From the NCBI GenBank assembly GCA_963932905.1, contig CAWVRN010000001.1, positions 224,001-288,000 on the forward strand: a DNA stretch of 64,000 bases. The letters run 5' to 3'. Positions 37,757 to 47,981 of the stretch are shown here, piece by piece. Within the stretch, counting starts at the first letter, position 1; each line of letters starts with the position of its first letter. The position numbers were made by a program, and so were the translations under genes. The notes beneath the pieces are model-generated. The model was not told where the DNA came from and searched no databases. It saw only the letters and a program-made list of their open reading frames with translations. This DNA is from an uncultured Bdellovibrio sp. GTDB lineage: Bacteria > Bdellovibrionota > Bdellovibrionia > Bdellovibrionales > Bdellovibrionaceae.

Positions 37757-40311
37757 GTAAATCCCCGATTATCAATGATGTGCAAAAGCTTGCCGCTAGC
37801 AGCACTGCGAGACATTTGTTCCGAAGGTACAAGTTCGATTTTAACTTCAAGAACTTTTTCGTAGTTAACAAGTTCATCCAAATCATAATAGGTATCTAAA
37901 AACGCCTTGGTTACATCTGTCATGGAACCAAGTCCACGAACACTGAGTGACCGTAGAAATTCTGTTTCATTGGAATCAGATAGAATTTTAACGGTCATTA
38001 ATTCTTTATTGCCGTGCTTAGCCAGCACTATTTGAAATTCACTTGGAATACCGAGTTTTTCGGATAGCAGAGTTCCGATATGGTTGTAGTTTAAGAAACT
38101 ACCCGCCGCGCGAAAAATATCTCCGTAACGACCATGTAGTTCAAAGCGTGGTGATTTGCGCCCACAAGGACAATCCGCTTTTACCCATTTCCCTAAATCG
38201 CCAACATCGTATCGCAATAAACTTTGATCTTCACGGGAATGAGTAGAGAAAATCAGTCGTCCAAGCTCGTCACCATCAACGGAATGTAAAGAATCGAGTT
38301 TCAAAATTTCTAGAAGATGGATGTTATGATGTAGATGATAGGTTTTGTTATCTGAATACGGGCATTGATATCCTAACGGTCCCATATCCACACTGCCGTA
38401 ACTTGCGGACTTAATCACTTTTACACCGAAATCATTTTTTAACTTTTCTATCTGGGCCATTGAAAATGCCTCGCCGCCGTAGAAAATCTTTTCGATCATA
38501 CGATCTTGGGTAATCCACTGACGATTGTGTTCTAGTAGCTGCATCAAATACGATGGCATACCCATTAAAACATTTACTTTAAATTTTCGTATAATCTGTC
38601 CAACAAAATCATAGTCCATATAAGCTGACATAGGAAACTGAACAGCCTTAAGTTCTTCCATAATAGTGAAGAAACTTAAAAATCCACCGTACAGTCCGCC
38701 ACCAAAGAACAAATTCATGGTTCTATCTTTACGTGGATCCAAGCCAGCGGCCATTAATCCGTTGGCAGCCGCTTGCATTTGCGTGTGATAGTCTACGTAA
38801 GTAAATTGTGAGATTTTAGATACACCAGAGCTGCCGCCGCTTTTAAAATAGAGCTGCGAACTTGGTTGATCAGGAATATTTTGGAAATCCACCTTGTCCA
38901 TCAACTTATCTGGAAACTGGTCAAAATGAATTTTATTTTCATGCAAATCATTTAACGTCGAAAAAGATTTTAAATTTTCAATTTTTGATTCCAAACTAAC
39001 ACGGCGGACGTATCTGTTTAAGGCAAAATAACCGTCATGTGGTTCCCCCATATAACTATCCTGCATTCCTCCGTTAGATCGAATGCGCGTAACGCCGCAA
39101 GAATAAAACAATCGACTAAGTTCAAACAAATCAGACATCGCGCAAGCCAGACCAACTGTTTGCAAGTACTGCTTCATGGGTCTAAATGTCTTCATGATAT
39201 TTGCCCGTTGAATTGGCTTAACCCAAATCGTTTTATATAACGGAGACGCACGCAACGAAGATCTTGAATCAATCCAAATACGCCATTGACCATGAGTATC
39301 TTCAATCGCATCAGTGTAATTCGGTTGAAGTGACTTTTCTGTTTTAACGATAAGTCCCATCTTGGTGATTTCGGCATCTTCCATTTCAGAGGTGTCGTTA
39401 GCCGCGTAGTTACTGACAACCGCATTCATAGACTGACCTAATAAAGTCGAAAACGATTTTAAATCGGCAAAGCTGGCATCCTCTAAATAGACGCACTGAG
39501 GACTTGAACAAGCCTGTTGATTGAAAACGAAAATGTCATGCACAACTTGTTTTACGGTTTCTAGATTTTGCCATTCTGTTTTCGTTAAATACGAAAAACT
39601 AATTTTATGGCCCCAGTCAATAAATCGAGCCGAAGATGGAACACTTTTTCTAATTTCATTGATAGCTTCCTCGCCGCCCCAAGCGACGACTCCATCCGCG
39701 TGCGAATAGAGACGTTCAAGCAGTGCTTTTTCTTTTGAACTAATATTAACGACGCACACACGATTTTTCCAACAAGCCGTTTGCGAGAACTTAGAAAACT
39801 CGGTGAAAAAGTCTTGAGTAAAAGAGCTGGACTGGTGGCTGAGTTTTAAAATATTCACATTACCTGTCATTAAGCCTTCAAATGCGCTCAGTACAGGAAG
39901 AGCGAAATCATTGCCAGATAAAACTTGTACGATCAATCCAAGAGGTTCCCATTTTTCAAAAATATTGCCATCGGCGTTGATACGTTTACTTGTAAACGGG
40001 GTTAGGCTGCCTAGTTCATTGCTGATTTTGAACTTGATTTGCTTTTTAGAAATAAAGTCCGCAATAGAATTAATAATTTCTTTAGCGATATCTGAACTAA
40101 TTCCGTCCTGTACTGTTAGAGTAGCCACTAAACGTGATTGAATTTCAGACTCAGATTTCAACTGTTTTGAAAATGCATCACAAGATTCTACAAATAAATC
40201 GAGGTCAAAGTTTTCTATCAAAGCAGATTCGATGCAACTTTCAAGGGTTTCTAACTTACTAATAAGTTCTTCGTGACTAACGGTTTGTCCTTGCCAGAAG
40301 TGCGTTCTCAT
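37753..40311 (-). CDS. LuxC-like acyl-CoA/acyl-protein reductase fused to a PaaK-like adenylation domain
   Basis: N-half: PLGLIVQVLSGN, WGGEEA, WGHKISF, FNQQACSSPQ (catalytic Cys), HDG; C-half: SGGSSG, GGE, YGSVD, LRYDVGD, SGKLLHIID. Confidence 0.88.
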   Translation of the reverse strand: MRTHFWQGQTVSHEELISKLETLESCIESALIENFDLDLFVESCDAFSKQLKSESEIQSRLVATLTVQDGISSDIAKEIINSIADFISKKQIKFKISNELGSLTPFTSKRINADGNIFEKWEPLGLIVQVLSGNDFALPVLSAFEGLMTGNVNILKLSHQSSSFTQDFFTEFSKFSQTACWKNRVCVVNISSKEKALLERLYSHADGVVAWGGEEAINEIRKSVPSSARFIDWGHKISFSYLTKTEWQNLETVKQVVHDIFVFNQQACSSPQCVYLEDASFADLKSFSTLLGQSMNAVVSNYAANDTSEMEDAEITKMGLIVKTEKSLQPNYTDAIEDTHGQWRIWIDSRSSLRASPLYKTIWVKPIQRANIMKTFRPMKQYLQTVGLACAMSDLFELSRLFYSCGVTRIRSNGGMQDSYMGEPHDGYFALNRYVRRVSLESKIENLKSFSTLNDLHENKIHFDQFPDKLMDKVDFQNIPDQPSSQLYFKSGGSSGVSKISQFTYVDYHTQMQAAANGLMAAGLDPRKDRTMNLFFGGGLYGGFLSFFTIMEELKAVQFPMSAYMDYDFVGQIIRKFKVNVLMGMPSYLMQLLEHNRQWITQDRMIEKIFYGGEAFSMAQIEKLKNDFGVKVIKSASYGSVDMGPLGYQCPYSDNKTYHLHHNIHLLEILKLDSLHSVDGDELGRLIFSTHSREDQSLLRYDVGDLGKWVKADCPCGRKSPRFELHGRYGDIFRAAGSFLNYNHIGTLLSEKLGIPSEFQIVLAKHGNKELMTVKILSDSNETEFLRSLSVRGLGSMTDVTKAFLDTYYDLDELVNYEKVLEVKIELVPSEQMSRSAASGKLLHIIDNRGFT

Positions 40312-41471
40312 ACGAAATCCTTTAGCAATTCAGCCGCAGCTATTGCGCAGCTCTTATTTTTAGAAATTCCTGCGCGCCCTAGAATCTCAAACCAATCCGT
40401 TTTTAATCCGCAGGTGCAGGTTTCACCTCTGTGCAAAATAGCGAGATCACCCATCGTAACAGCATTTGCTGGAGCCGATGTGATGTAAGGGGAAATAAAT
40501 TGTAAAAACCCAGGCTTATCATAACCAACTAAGTTTAAATTTTTTAAGTCACGGATGAGCACTTTAGAATACACCGGAACATGAAACTTATGCTGGCTAC
40601 ACTCGATATAAGGAATGCAGTGCTCAACCGATCCAAATCCGTCGCGTAGACGATGATTAGGAATTCCTAACATTTCTTCGGCAAGTGCGTACAATTCTGA
40701 TTTCTTAATTTCTTGGTTAGCGTAACCTTTCCAGCCGCCGCCTAGGAAAACCAATGATTCTGGAGACAGCTTTAATGGTCTATATTTTAACTCTTTCATT
40801 CGCTGAAGAGTGAAATAGAAAAACGAAGGAAAGCCGAAAATACGAACGGGTAATTCTTCAACTTCATACTCTTGAAGTGTTTTGATGGCGCCAAATATAT
40901 CAAAATCGTGACCGCCTTTTCCAGTAAGCTTCAAAGTGTAATCTGCACGGTTAACGGGTGCGTATTTAGTCAAATAGTTATCAGTAAATGCTGTTCCTAA
41001 TTTAGAATCGATCTCAGTTTGATAGGTATAAAGTAAATAGTTGGTTTTCTTACTAGGCGTAATCCATCCGTAATAGTCATAGATAAAATCAACCATTTGC
41101 TGAGCACAGCCTAAACTCCATTCGTCAAAAAACATTTGTGATTTTTGTCCCGATGTCCCGGAGGACGTTAAGTTAATGTGAACATTATCATCAGAAACAG
41201 ACTTAATTGCGTGGTATTTAAAAAACTCGGCCGGGATACTTGGAATAGTGACTAAATCGCCGTCCCATTTGTTAATGTCAAAACCAGAATCTTTTAGAAA
41301 TTGTCGGTAGAAAGTAGATTTCTCTTGATGCCAACGAATGACTTCTTTCATGGCCTGAACAAATAGAGAATCGTTTTCGGCCGATATCGCGTACGGAGAT
41401 GTGATTTTACAAAGCCTCTCGACAGATCCTAAAAGCGCGCGACTAGGTGGAAAAAGTTCTTTATTTGTCAT
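40308..41471 (-). CDS. LuxE-like acyl-protein synthetase
   Basis: TSSGTSGQKS, GFP, GGGWKG, FGSVEH, GDLA, LGRAG..KSCA (acyl-accepting Cys position). Confidence 0.88.
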   Translation of the reverse strand: MTNKELFPPSRALLGSVERLCKITSPYAISAENDSLFVQAMKEVIRWHQEKSTFYRQFLKDSGFDINKWDGDLVTIPSIPAEFFKYHAIKSVSDDNVHINLTSSGTSGQKSQMFFDEWSLGCAQQMVDFIYDYYGWITPSKKTNYLLYTYQTEIDSKLGTAFTDNYLTKYAPVNRADYTLKLTGKGGHDFDIFGAIKTLQEYEVEELPVRIFGFPSFFYFTLQRMKELKYRPLKLSPESLVFLGGGWKGYANQEIKKSELYALAEEMLGIPNHRLRDGFGSVEHCIPYIECSQHKFHVPVYSKVLIRDLKNLNLVGYDKPGFLQFISPYITSAPANAVTMGDLAILHRGETCTCGLKTDWFEILGRAGISKNKSCAIAAAELLKDFV

Positions 41472-42636
41472 CGAATACCCCTAGAACATCTAGATGCATT
41501 TGTTTCCACAAATCCACATACTGATCAATATAAGGCTTAAATGATTTCTCGATCTGCATTCCTCTAAAATTCAACGGTTCCATCGAACGCGACATCAACA
41601 CCAGGTCCATAAACTTACCTTCGTATTCTAGCATGGCCGGGTAAATAGCAGACGGGAGAAAATTTACATCTAATAAGGTTTCAAGAGAAAGTATGCTATC
41701 CATCGCCATTAAGATCTCAACGTAAGATACGCCATAATCATGTAACTGCTGCAATAACGGTCGCAGACGTCCTGCCATTGAATAAAATGGCGCCGTCGCT
41801 GTGATTAAAGCGCAATAACCATCCGACTTACTTAAGTAGCCGTAGATGTCGACTTCCCCATTTTTAGAAGCCAGTAGCAAATTAGGCTCGTGAAATGGAA
41901 AGAAAACATCAAATGGGTCCTTAAATGTTTGCGCGAATCGACGTTTAACGAAATTAGGAGCCAAAATAATTTCGAATTCTAAATGTTCACCACTTGGTTT
42001 TGGGCGAACCATTTTTAGCAATCGTGGTGTTGGATGAGGCGATTTGATATATTTTTCGCTAGCTTTAAATATAGGGCCTAGCGCCTCGGGAACTTCCTCG
42101 ACACGTGCCCGTTTTTTCAAAACTTCTGGATCGTGCTTCGCCATTAAAGTCAGCGTTTCATAATTTGCTAAGCGGTGAGCATTCGGGAAAATTCCAAGTG
42201 GTTTAAATTTATTTTTAATAAATACTAGCTGCGGACTTACACTTAAAGTCCGTGTTGTTGCATAGATCGAGTGAACAATTTTATTGTCTTTCATTAAATA
42301 GTCGGAACCATGATTAAGTAATATCGAAGCTAGTCCCTTACTTTGATAGTAAGGATGAGTTACAAATCCTTCAGCACGGGCGATTTTAAAAAACGTATCA
42401 ACCTCAAATACCGCTGAAGCACAAAGAATATTTTTATCAGGGTCGTGAGCCACTAGCCACAAACTATCTTTGTCTTGGATAATTTTCTGCATAGCTGCAC
42501 GATCAGTTCCCAGCGCAAGTGGATAGTTGCTGCCATAGATAGTAAAATAAAGAGTCAAAAGATCCTGAATATCAGAAACCTTTGCTCGGCGCATAATTAG
42601 GCCGCCGTCTATTTTTATAACTTCATCATGCTTCAT
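41461..42636 (-). CDS. GNAT-family acyltransferase with an additional C-terminal domain
   Basis: MRRAKVSD start, VTHPYYQSKGLAS acetyl-CoA-binding motif A. Confidence 0.8.
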   Translation of the reverse strand: MKHDEVIKIDGGLIMRRAKVSDIQDLLTLYFTIYGSNYPLALGTDRAAMQKIIQDKDSLWLVAHDPDKNILCASAVFEVDTFFKIARAEGFVTHPYYQSKGLASILLNHGSDYLMKDNKIVHSIYATTRTLSVSPQLVFIKNKFKPLGIFPNAHRLANYETLTLMAKHDPEVLKKRARVEEVPEALGPIFKASEKYIKSPHPTPRLLKMVRPKPSGEHLEFEIILAPNFVKRRFAQTFKDPFDVFFPFHEPNLLLASKNGEVDIYGYLSKSDGYCALITATAPFYSMAGRLRPLLQQLHDYGVSYVEILMAMDSILSLETLLDVNFLPSAIYPAMLEYEGKFMDLVLMSRSMEPLNFRGMQIEKSFKPYIDQYVDLWKQMHLDVLGVFDDK

Positions 42637-43868
42637 TTGAAGATCTCCTGACCGAAACGGCGGAATGTAAAATAGGATACCAGTACGAACGCGACCAATA
42701 GAATACCGGCTACTCGCCCAATAGAGAAGACGCTGATAGACTGTTGAAATAGTCCAAGCAATGCTAGCGAAAATGGAAGTGCGGCAGTGCTAATTAAATT
42801 CACTAAACTCATGACCTGAGGAACTTCTTCTGCTTTAGGTTGTGTTTGCAAAATATTGATAATCAAAACATTAGCTAAGCCTAATGATAATCCCATCACA
42901 AACAATGCGACAGAGGATACCTGCAAACTGCTAGCGAAAGTAAAAGAAAGAAACCCAAGGCTTAGAGCAAATAAAAATACCCAAGTCCAAAACAAAGTAC
43001 GCGATTGAATGGTGATAAAACTTAAAACAGCGCCGCCTAGCAAGATTCCCGTGCCTAACAGTGTTTCTAAAATAGCCAATGAATTAAAAGAGTTTCCAAA
43101 TAAATCTTTTGCCATAGTCGGCATCAAGACTTGTAGGGGGCTTAATAACAAGTTCATAACTAAAAATACGATAAGCATAACACCAATAATTTTTTTAGTT
43201 TGAAATAAGCTAACGGAACCGTCCGTTGCGGCGTATGTACCGCTACCAACTGACTTTAACGACGATTTTGTAACTAAAGAAACCGAGTAGGCCGACGCGA
43301 TATAACTGACTCCAGAGATAATAAATAGGCCGCTTAGGCCAAAATGATTAAATGCAAACAATCCAAGTACCGGCCCTAAAATAGTGGCGAACGATGTCAC
43401 AGTAGATAGTTTAGCGGTTAGTTTCTGAACGTCGTCAGATTCTTTGATTTCAACCGCAAGCGATAAAATGGCAGGATTAAAAAATGCGGAGAAAATATTA
43501 GAAAGAAAAACAGAAATAAATAAAAGCCATAATACATTATTGCCTTTGGCGGGATCGAGCCAGTGTGGGAAAGCTAACACCAGAACAAACGCACCCACAT
43601 AAATGGTTCCGCGAGCCAAATCGGAATACAAAACTGTTTTAAGGGCGCTCAATCGACTGATCATCAAACTTGAATGTTTGATTAAAAGCGCGTGAGGTAA
43701 ACCACCAACGACTAGGTACCAAATTAAAAACTGTTCGCCAAAACTAGAAGTAATAAACCAAATCAGACCCAGTTGAACCATACGATCCGACACTTGTGAC
43801 AGGGTTTGCCCGACAAGTAACAATAGATCATCAAACTGATTAGAACGTTTAATTACCATAGTATTCAT
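42633..43868 (-). CDS. MFS efflux transporter
   Basis: About 12 TM; GQTLSQVSD, SDLARG, FFNPA, LGP motifs of macrolide-efflux-like MFS. Confidence 0.9.
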   Translation of the reverse strand: MNTMVIKRSNQFDDLLLLVGQTLSQVSDRMVQLGLIWFITSSFGEQFLIWYLVVGGLPHALLIKHSSLMISRLSALKTVLYSDLARGTIYVGAFVLVLAFPHWLDPAKGNNVLWLLFISVFLSNIFSAFFNPAILSLAVEIKESDDVQKLTAKLSTVTSFATILGPVLGLFAFNHFGLSGLFIISGVSYIASAYSVSLVTKSSLKSVGSGTYAATDGSVSLFQTKKIIGVMLIVFLVMNLLLSPLQVLMPTMAKDLFGNSFNSLAILETLLGTGILLGGAVLSFITIQSRTLFWTWVFLFALSLGFLSFTFASSLQVSSVALFVMGLSLGLANVLIINILQTQPKAEEVPQVMSLVNLISTAALPFSLALLGLFQQSISVFSIGRVAGILLVAFVLVSYFTFRRFGQEIFK

Positions 43869-44207
43869 AGATATTTATCCAGGATATAAGGTAGCGAATT
43901 TTTAGAATTTGGTTAGTGTTGGTGGTTTAGACACTAACTTTTTCAATCGTCTATGGAAGCTCTTAGGTCGCTTGTCGCAAAGAAAACTAAACGCGAGTTA
44001 TGGGCTGTCAAAACTTTGTACAGCAAATACTTCAATAGTGAAAATTAGTTTGTCGCATATATAGATGAAAATCTAGATCAAGAAATAGCTTTCCCAAACT
44101 TAGGTTACAAATTTTGACCCAGAAATAAATGCCTATTGTGGAATCTGGAAATTTAAAATACAACCGGCTGCATTCTTTAAATTATTTTTTCAACTGGGGT
44201 GGTTGCG

Positions 44208-44720
44208 ATGAAATCAGTTTTGATTTTAAGTTTGTCTCTTTTGTTTTTAACGGCATGTAATATTAAAGCCTCGGATAGTTCCGATGATAGTGGTAATTCA
44301 GGTGATGCCGGTGCAGCAGTTACGTACGCTACCTACGAAATGATCGAAGGCTGCTCAACAGGCATAAAAAAAATAACGGCAGCCAGTGAGGCTGACCTAC
44401 AAGTAGCATTTTGTAACATGCTAAAAGATAACTCAGCGAATGGAAATTGCGCTAGCTACCAACGTGAATCAGCTTTTAAAACTATGAAGTGTGAAGGCGC
44501 ATGGCCACACGTCAGTAGCACAGGATACAATGTTAGCAGCACTCAATCTTATGTGTATCGCGTAAATTCGTGCAACACAGGCTTTCACTATTTCTCGTCC
44601 TCAAATTCCGAATTAGGTCAAAAAGCATACTGCCAAGCTTTGCTTAATGATGAACTTAACCAAAACTGCGGTCGTGAAAAACGCCAAGAACAATTCAACG
44701 AATCGGGTTGCAAATTATAA
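44208..44720 (+). CDS. Cysteine-rich lipoprotein with two internal repeats
   Basis: LTAC lipobox; two copies of C-x-TG...C..L....N.NC....R...F....C. Confidence 0.8.
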   Translation: MKSVLILSLSLLFLTACNIKASDSSDDSGNSGDAGAAVTYATYEMIEGCSTGIKKITAASEADLQVAFCNMLKDNSANGNCASYQRESAFKTMKCEGAWPHVSSTGYNVSSTQSYVYRVNSCNTGFHYFSSSNSELGQKAYCQALLNDELNQNCGREKRQEQFNESGCKL

Positions 44721-44730
44721 TTTATAAATG

Positions 44731-44757
44731 AAAAAGCCTCGAGGTCACTGAGGCTTT
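44731..44757. terminator. Terminator-like hairpin between convergent genes
   Basis: aaaaagcctc-gaggtcact-gaggcttt. Confidence 0.6.
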
Positions 44758-44765
44758 GCCTTATT

Positions 44766-46409
44766 TTATGATTGCAGAGCTTGTTTCTTCAAGCGTTCAG
44801 ATTTATCTAAGTAGTAATCCCATGATCCGTCATAGATGCTAACCTTGTTTTTATCCACTTCAAAAACGCGGGTCGTAATTTCGCGCAAGAAATAGCGATC
44901 ATGGCTTACGATTATAACTGTACCTGGGAAATTCTTAACAGCATCAAGTAAAACTTCGCGCGATACGATGTCCAAGTGATTCGTTGGCTCATCCAGAACT
45001 AACAAATTCACTGGGCGAGCCAAGATACACGCAAGGACCACACGGCTTTTTTCGCCACCGGATAAAACTGAAATTTTCTTGTCGGCCTCTTCACCTGAAA
45101 ATTTAAATGCTCCTAGTAGAGTTCGGATCTGGCCCATACCTGCCGTTGGCAAGTGGCTATGAACTTCTTCAACGATCGTGCTGTTGGGATCAAGAACATC
45201 CAACGAATTCTGACTGAAATAACCAAGTTCGATGCTGGCTCCGAGTTGCATGCTGCCTTGAGTAGCCTCTGTCTGCCCGGAGATAATTTTTAATAAAGTT
45301 GATTTACCCGCACCATTCACTCCCACAACAGCAACCCGATCAAGACGTTTCACTAAACCATTGGCACCAGAAAAAACTAATTTGTCTTTTCCTTCGGGAC
45401 TTTTCCAAATTTTAGTTAAATTTTCAAACTTAACGACTTCGTCACCACCTCGTGGTGGGACCGGCCATTCAAATTGAATTGCTTTTTCTTCTACTGGGAT
45501 TTCAATACGGTCAATTTTTTCTAATTTTTTAACTCGCGATTGAACTTGGGCGGCATGAGAGGCGCGAGCGGCAAAGCGAGCTATGAATTCCTCTTCTTTT
45601 GCCAGCATGTCCTCTTGGCGTTTGGCCGCTGCAATTAACTGCTCCATGCGAATGGCTTTTTCTTTTTCGTAGTAATCGTAGTTACCAGTATAAACGGTAA
45701 TTGTTTGAAACGCGACTTCGACAATTTTGTGAACAAGGCGATTCATGAAATCACGATCATGGCTTGTCATTAGGATCGAGCCTTTGAATTGGCGCAGCCA
45801 TTCTTCTAGCCAAACGATAGATTCTAAATCCAAATGATTCGTGGGCTCGTCCATCAAAAGGACATCAGGGTTTAGCAAAAGGATCTTCGCCAGGGCGATA
45901 CGCATTTTCCAACCACCGCTGAAACTCTCTGTTGGGCGGTTGTAGTCTTCGGGGCCAATTCCAAGGCCCGTTAGGATTTCCTGTGCGCGCGATTCCAAGT
46001 CATAGCCGCCAAGACGTTCAAAATCGGCCTGCATATCCCCGTACTGCTCAAGAACCTTAACCATCTCGTCTTCACCCAAGTCAGGATCAGACAGGCGAGC
46101 TTCTAAACGTGCGATTTCTTTTTGTAATTCGCTGATTTTACCAGCAGAGGAGATAACTTCTTGGAGCGCTGTTTTGCCGCCCATTTCCTCGATATTTTGA
46201 GAAAAATAGCCAACGACTGTTTTGTCAGATTTGCTGATAGTGCCGCCATCAACACCCTCTTCGCCAACGATAATTCGGAAAACCGTACTTTTACCGGCGC
46301 CGTTGGGGCCGACTAAACCGATTTTTTCGCCGGGGTTAATCTGGAAGGAACCGTTCTTATAAAGGACTTTGTTCCCGTACTGCTTGGTAATAGAAGATAA
46401 ATGGATCAT
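44766..46409 (-). CDS. ABC-F family ribosome-associated ATPase
   Basis: Two NBDs (GPNGAGKST/FSGGWKMR/DEPTNHLD; GVNGAGKST/LSGGEKSR/DEPTNHLD), no TM; start set at ATG 46409. Confidence 0.95.
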   Translation of the reverse strand: MIHLSSITKQYGNKVLYKNGSFQINPGEKIGLVGPNGAGKSTVFRIIVGEEGVDGGTISKSDKTVVGYFSQNIEEMGGKTALQEVISSAGKISELQKEIARLEARLSDPDLGEDEMVKVLEQYGDMQADFERLGGYDLESRAQEILTGLGIGPEDYNRPTESFSGGWKMRIALAKILLLNPDVLLMDEPTNHLDLESIVWLEEWLRQFKGSILMTSHDRDFMNRLVHKIVEVAFQTITVYTGNYDYYEKEKAIRMEQLIAAAKRQEDMLAKEEEFIARFAARASHAAQVQSRVKKLEKIDRIEIPVEEKAIQFEWPVPPRGGDEVVKFENLTKIWKSPEGKDKLVFSGANGLVKRLDRVAVVGVNGAGKSTLLKIISGQTEATQGSMQLGASIELGYFSQNSLDVLDPNSTIVEEVHSHLPTAGMGQIRTLLGAFKFSGEEADKKISVLSGGEKSRVVLACILARPVNLLVLDEPTNHLDIVSREVLLDAVKNFPGTVIIVSHDRYFLREITTRVFEVDKNKVSIYDGSWDYYLDKSERLKKQALQS

Positions 46410-46541
46410 ATAAGCTGCTGGTTTTAACCAGATTTTCAAATATTTTCAAAACTTCTTTTTTTTAAAAAAAGGGTCTCGACAGACTGAGTCGCCTATGATA
46501 GTCCATAGTACCGATTTAGTAATAAAACCAAGAGGTTCCTA

Positions 46542-46793
46542 ATGAAAAAAGACTTACACCCAAAAGTAAACACAGTTGTGTTCAAAGACATTTCTTGTGA
46601 TTTCCAGTTCTTGGGCAGCTCAACACTAACTTCTAAAGAAACAGTAAAATGGGAAGATGGTAAAGAGTATCCTTTAATTAAAGTTGAGATTTCTTCAGCT
46701 TCTCATCCGTTCTTCACTGGTAAACAACGTTTACTTGATACTGAAGGTCGCGTTGATAAGTTCAAGAAAAAATACGCTACATCTGCTAAGTAG
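46542..46793 (+). CDS. rpmE2: 50S ribosomal protein L31, type B (zinc-independent)
   Basis: [32 protein letters not shown]; lacks the four zinc-binding Cys. Confidence 0.95.
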   Translation: MKKDLHPKVNTVVFKDISCDFQFLGSSTLTSKETVKWEDGKEYPLIKVEISSASHPFFTGKQRLLDTEGRVDKFKKKYATSAK

Positions 46794-46817
46794 CTTTTTC
46801 CAATTTCATATTTTAAG

Positions 46818-46851
46818 AATGCGATTAGTTTATCTAGTCGCATTTTTTTTT
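46818..46851 (+). terminator. Intrinsic terminator after rpmE2
   Basis: aatgcgattag-tttat-ctagtcgcatt followed by a T run. Confidence 0.75.
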
Positions 46852-46907
46852 GTACTCCTCTTTATCGGTGAACTCCGATATCATTTTTTATCTCTTCCGA
46901 GGAATTT

Positions 46908-47978
46908 ATGTTTTCAAAATTAGATGAAGTTGAATCACGATATGAACAAGTAAATCTTTCATTACAGCGTCCTGATGTGGCTAACGATCAAAAAAAATAT
47001 CGTGGGCTAATGAAGGAACTAGCCGACTTAGAAAAAGTTGTCGTTCTGTATCGTGATTACAAGAAAAAAACCGCCTCTCTAAAAGAAAACAAAGAATTGC
47101 TAACGGCGGAATCAGATAACGAAATGAAAGAAATGTTTCGTGAAGAGATCCGTGATCTTGAAGCCGCAATTCCTGACCTAGAAGCTAAATTGAAATTAGC
47201 TTTGATTCCTAAAGATCCAAATGATGATAAAAATATCATTCTAGAGATTCGTGCTGGTGCGGGCGGCGACGAAGCGTCACTTTTTGCGGATGAATTATTC
47301 CGCGCGTACGCTCACTATGCCGGTAAGCAGGGCTGGAAAGCAGAACTGATGTCCTATTCACCCGGAAACGTAGGCGGCGCTAAAGAGATTATTGCGTCTA
47401 TTTCTGGTGATAGTGTATTTAGTAAATTAAAATATGAGAGTGGTGTTCATCGTGTACAGCGTGTTCCTGAAACGGAAGGCGCTGGCCGAGTTCACACATC
47501 GACGATCACTGTTGCCGTCATTCCTGAAGTAGAAGAAGTCGAAGTTAAGATTGATATGAAAGATATCCGTATCGACGTTATGCGCGCATCGGGTGCTGGT
47601 GGTCAGTCGGTCAATAGAACTGAATCGGCGGTACGTTTGCATCACGAACCATCTGGTATTATCGTACATTGCCAAGAAGGAAAATCGCAGACTTCGAATA
47701 AAGAAAAAGCCTTCAAGATCCTATATTCAAAATTACAAATGTTAGAAGACCAAAAAGTTCTTAAGGAAGCCAGCGACGCGCGATTAGAGCAAATTGGAAC
47801 AGGTGATCGTTCAGAACGTATTCGTACTTATAACTTTCCACAAACTCGTGTGACAGATCATAGAATTGGTTTGACCACTCATGCTCTGAATGAAATCATG
47901 GCTGGGGACATTAGCATTCTAGTGGATTCACTAGTGGCACATTACCAAGCAGAAGCACTTAAAAAACAAACGAGTTAA
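46908..47978 (+). CDS. prfA: Peptide chain release factor 1
   Basis: [25 protein letters not shown] (PxT), [19 protein letters not shown]. Confidence 0.98.
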   Translation: MFSKLDEVESRYEQVNLSLQRPDVANDQKKYRGLMKELADLEKVVVLYRDYKKKTASLKENKELLTAESDNEMKEMFREEIRDLEAAIPDLEAKLKLALIPKDPNDDKNIILEIRAGAGGDEASLFADELFRAYAHYAGKQGWKAELMSYSPGNVGGAKEIIASISGDSVFSKLKYESGVHRVQRVPETEGAGRVHTSTITVAVIPEVEEVEVKIDMKDIRIDVMRASGAGGQSVNRTESAVRLHHEPSGIIVHCQEGKSQTSNKEKAFKILYSKLQMLEDQKVLKEASDARLEQIGTGDRSERIRTYNFPQTRVTDHRIGLTTHALNEIMAGDISILVDSLVAHYQAEALKKQTS

Positions 47979-47981
47979 ACT

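Noticed and set aside
37753..41471. Bioluminescence operon
   Set aside because: luxC/luxE-like genes only; no luxA, luxB or luxD in the window, and the context is GNAT/MFS/PaaK
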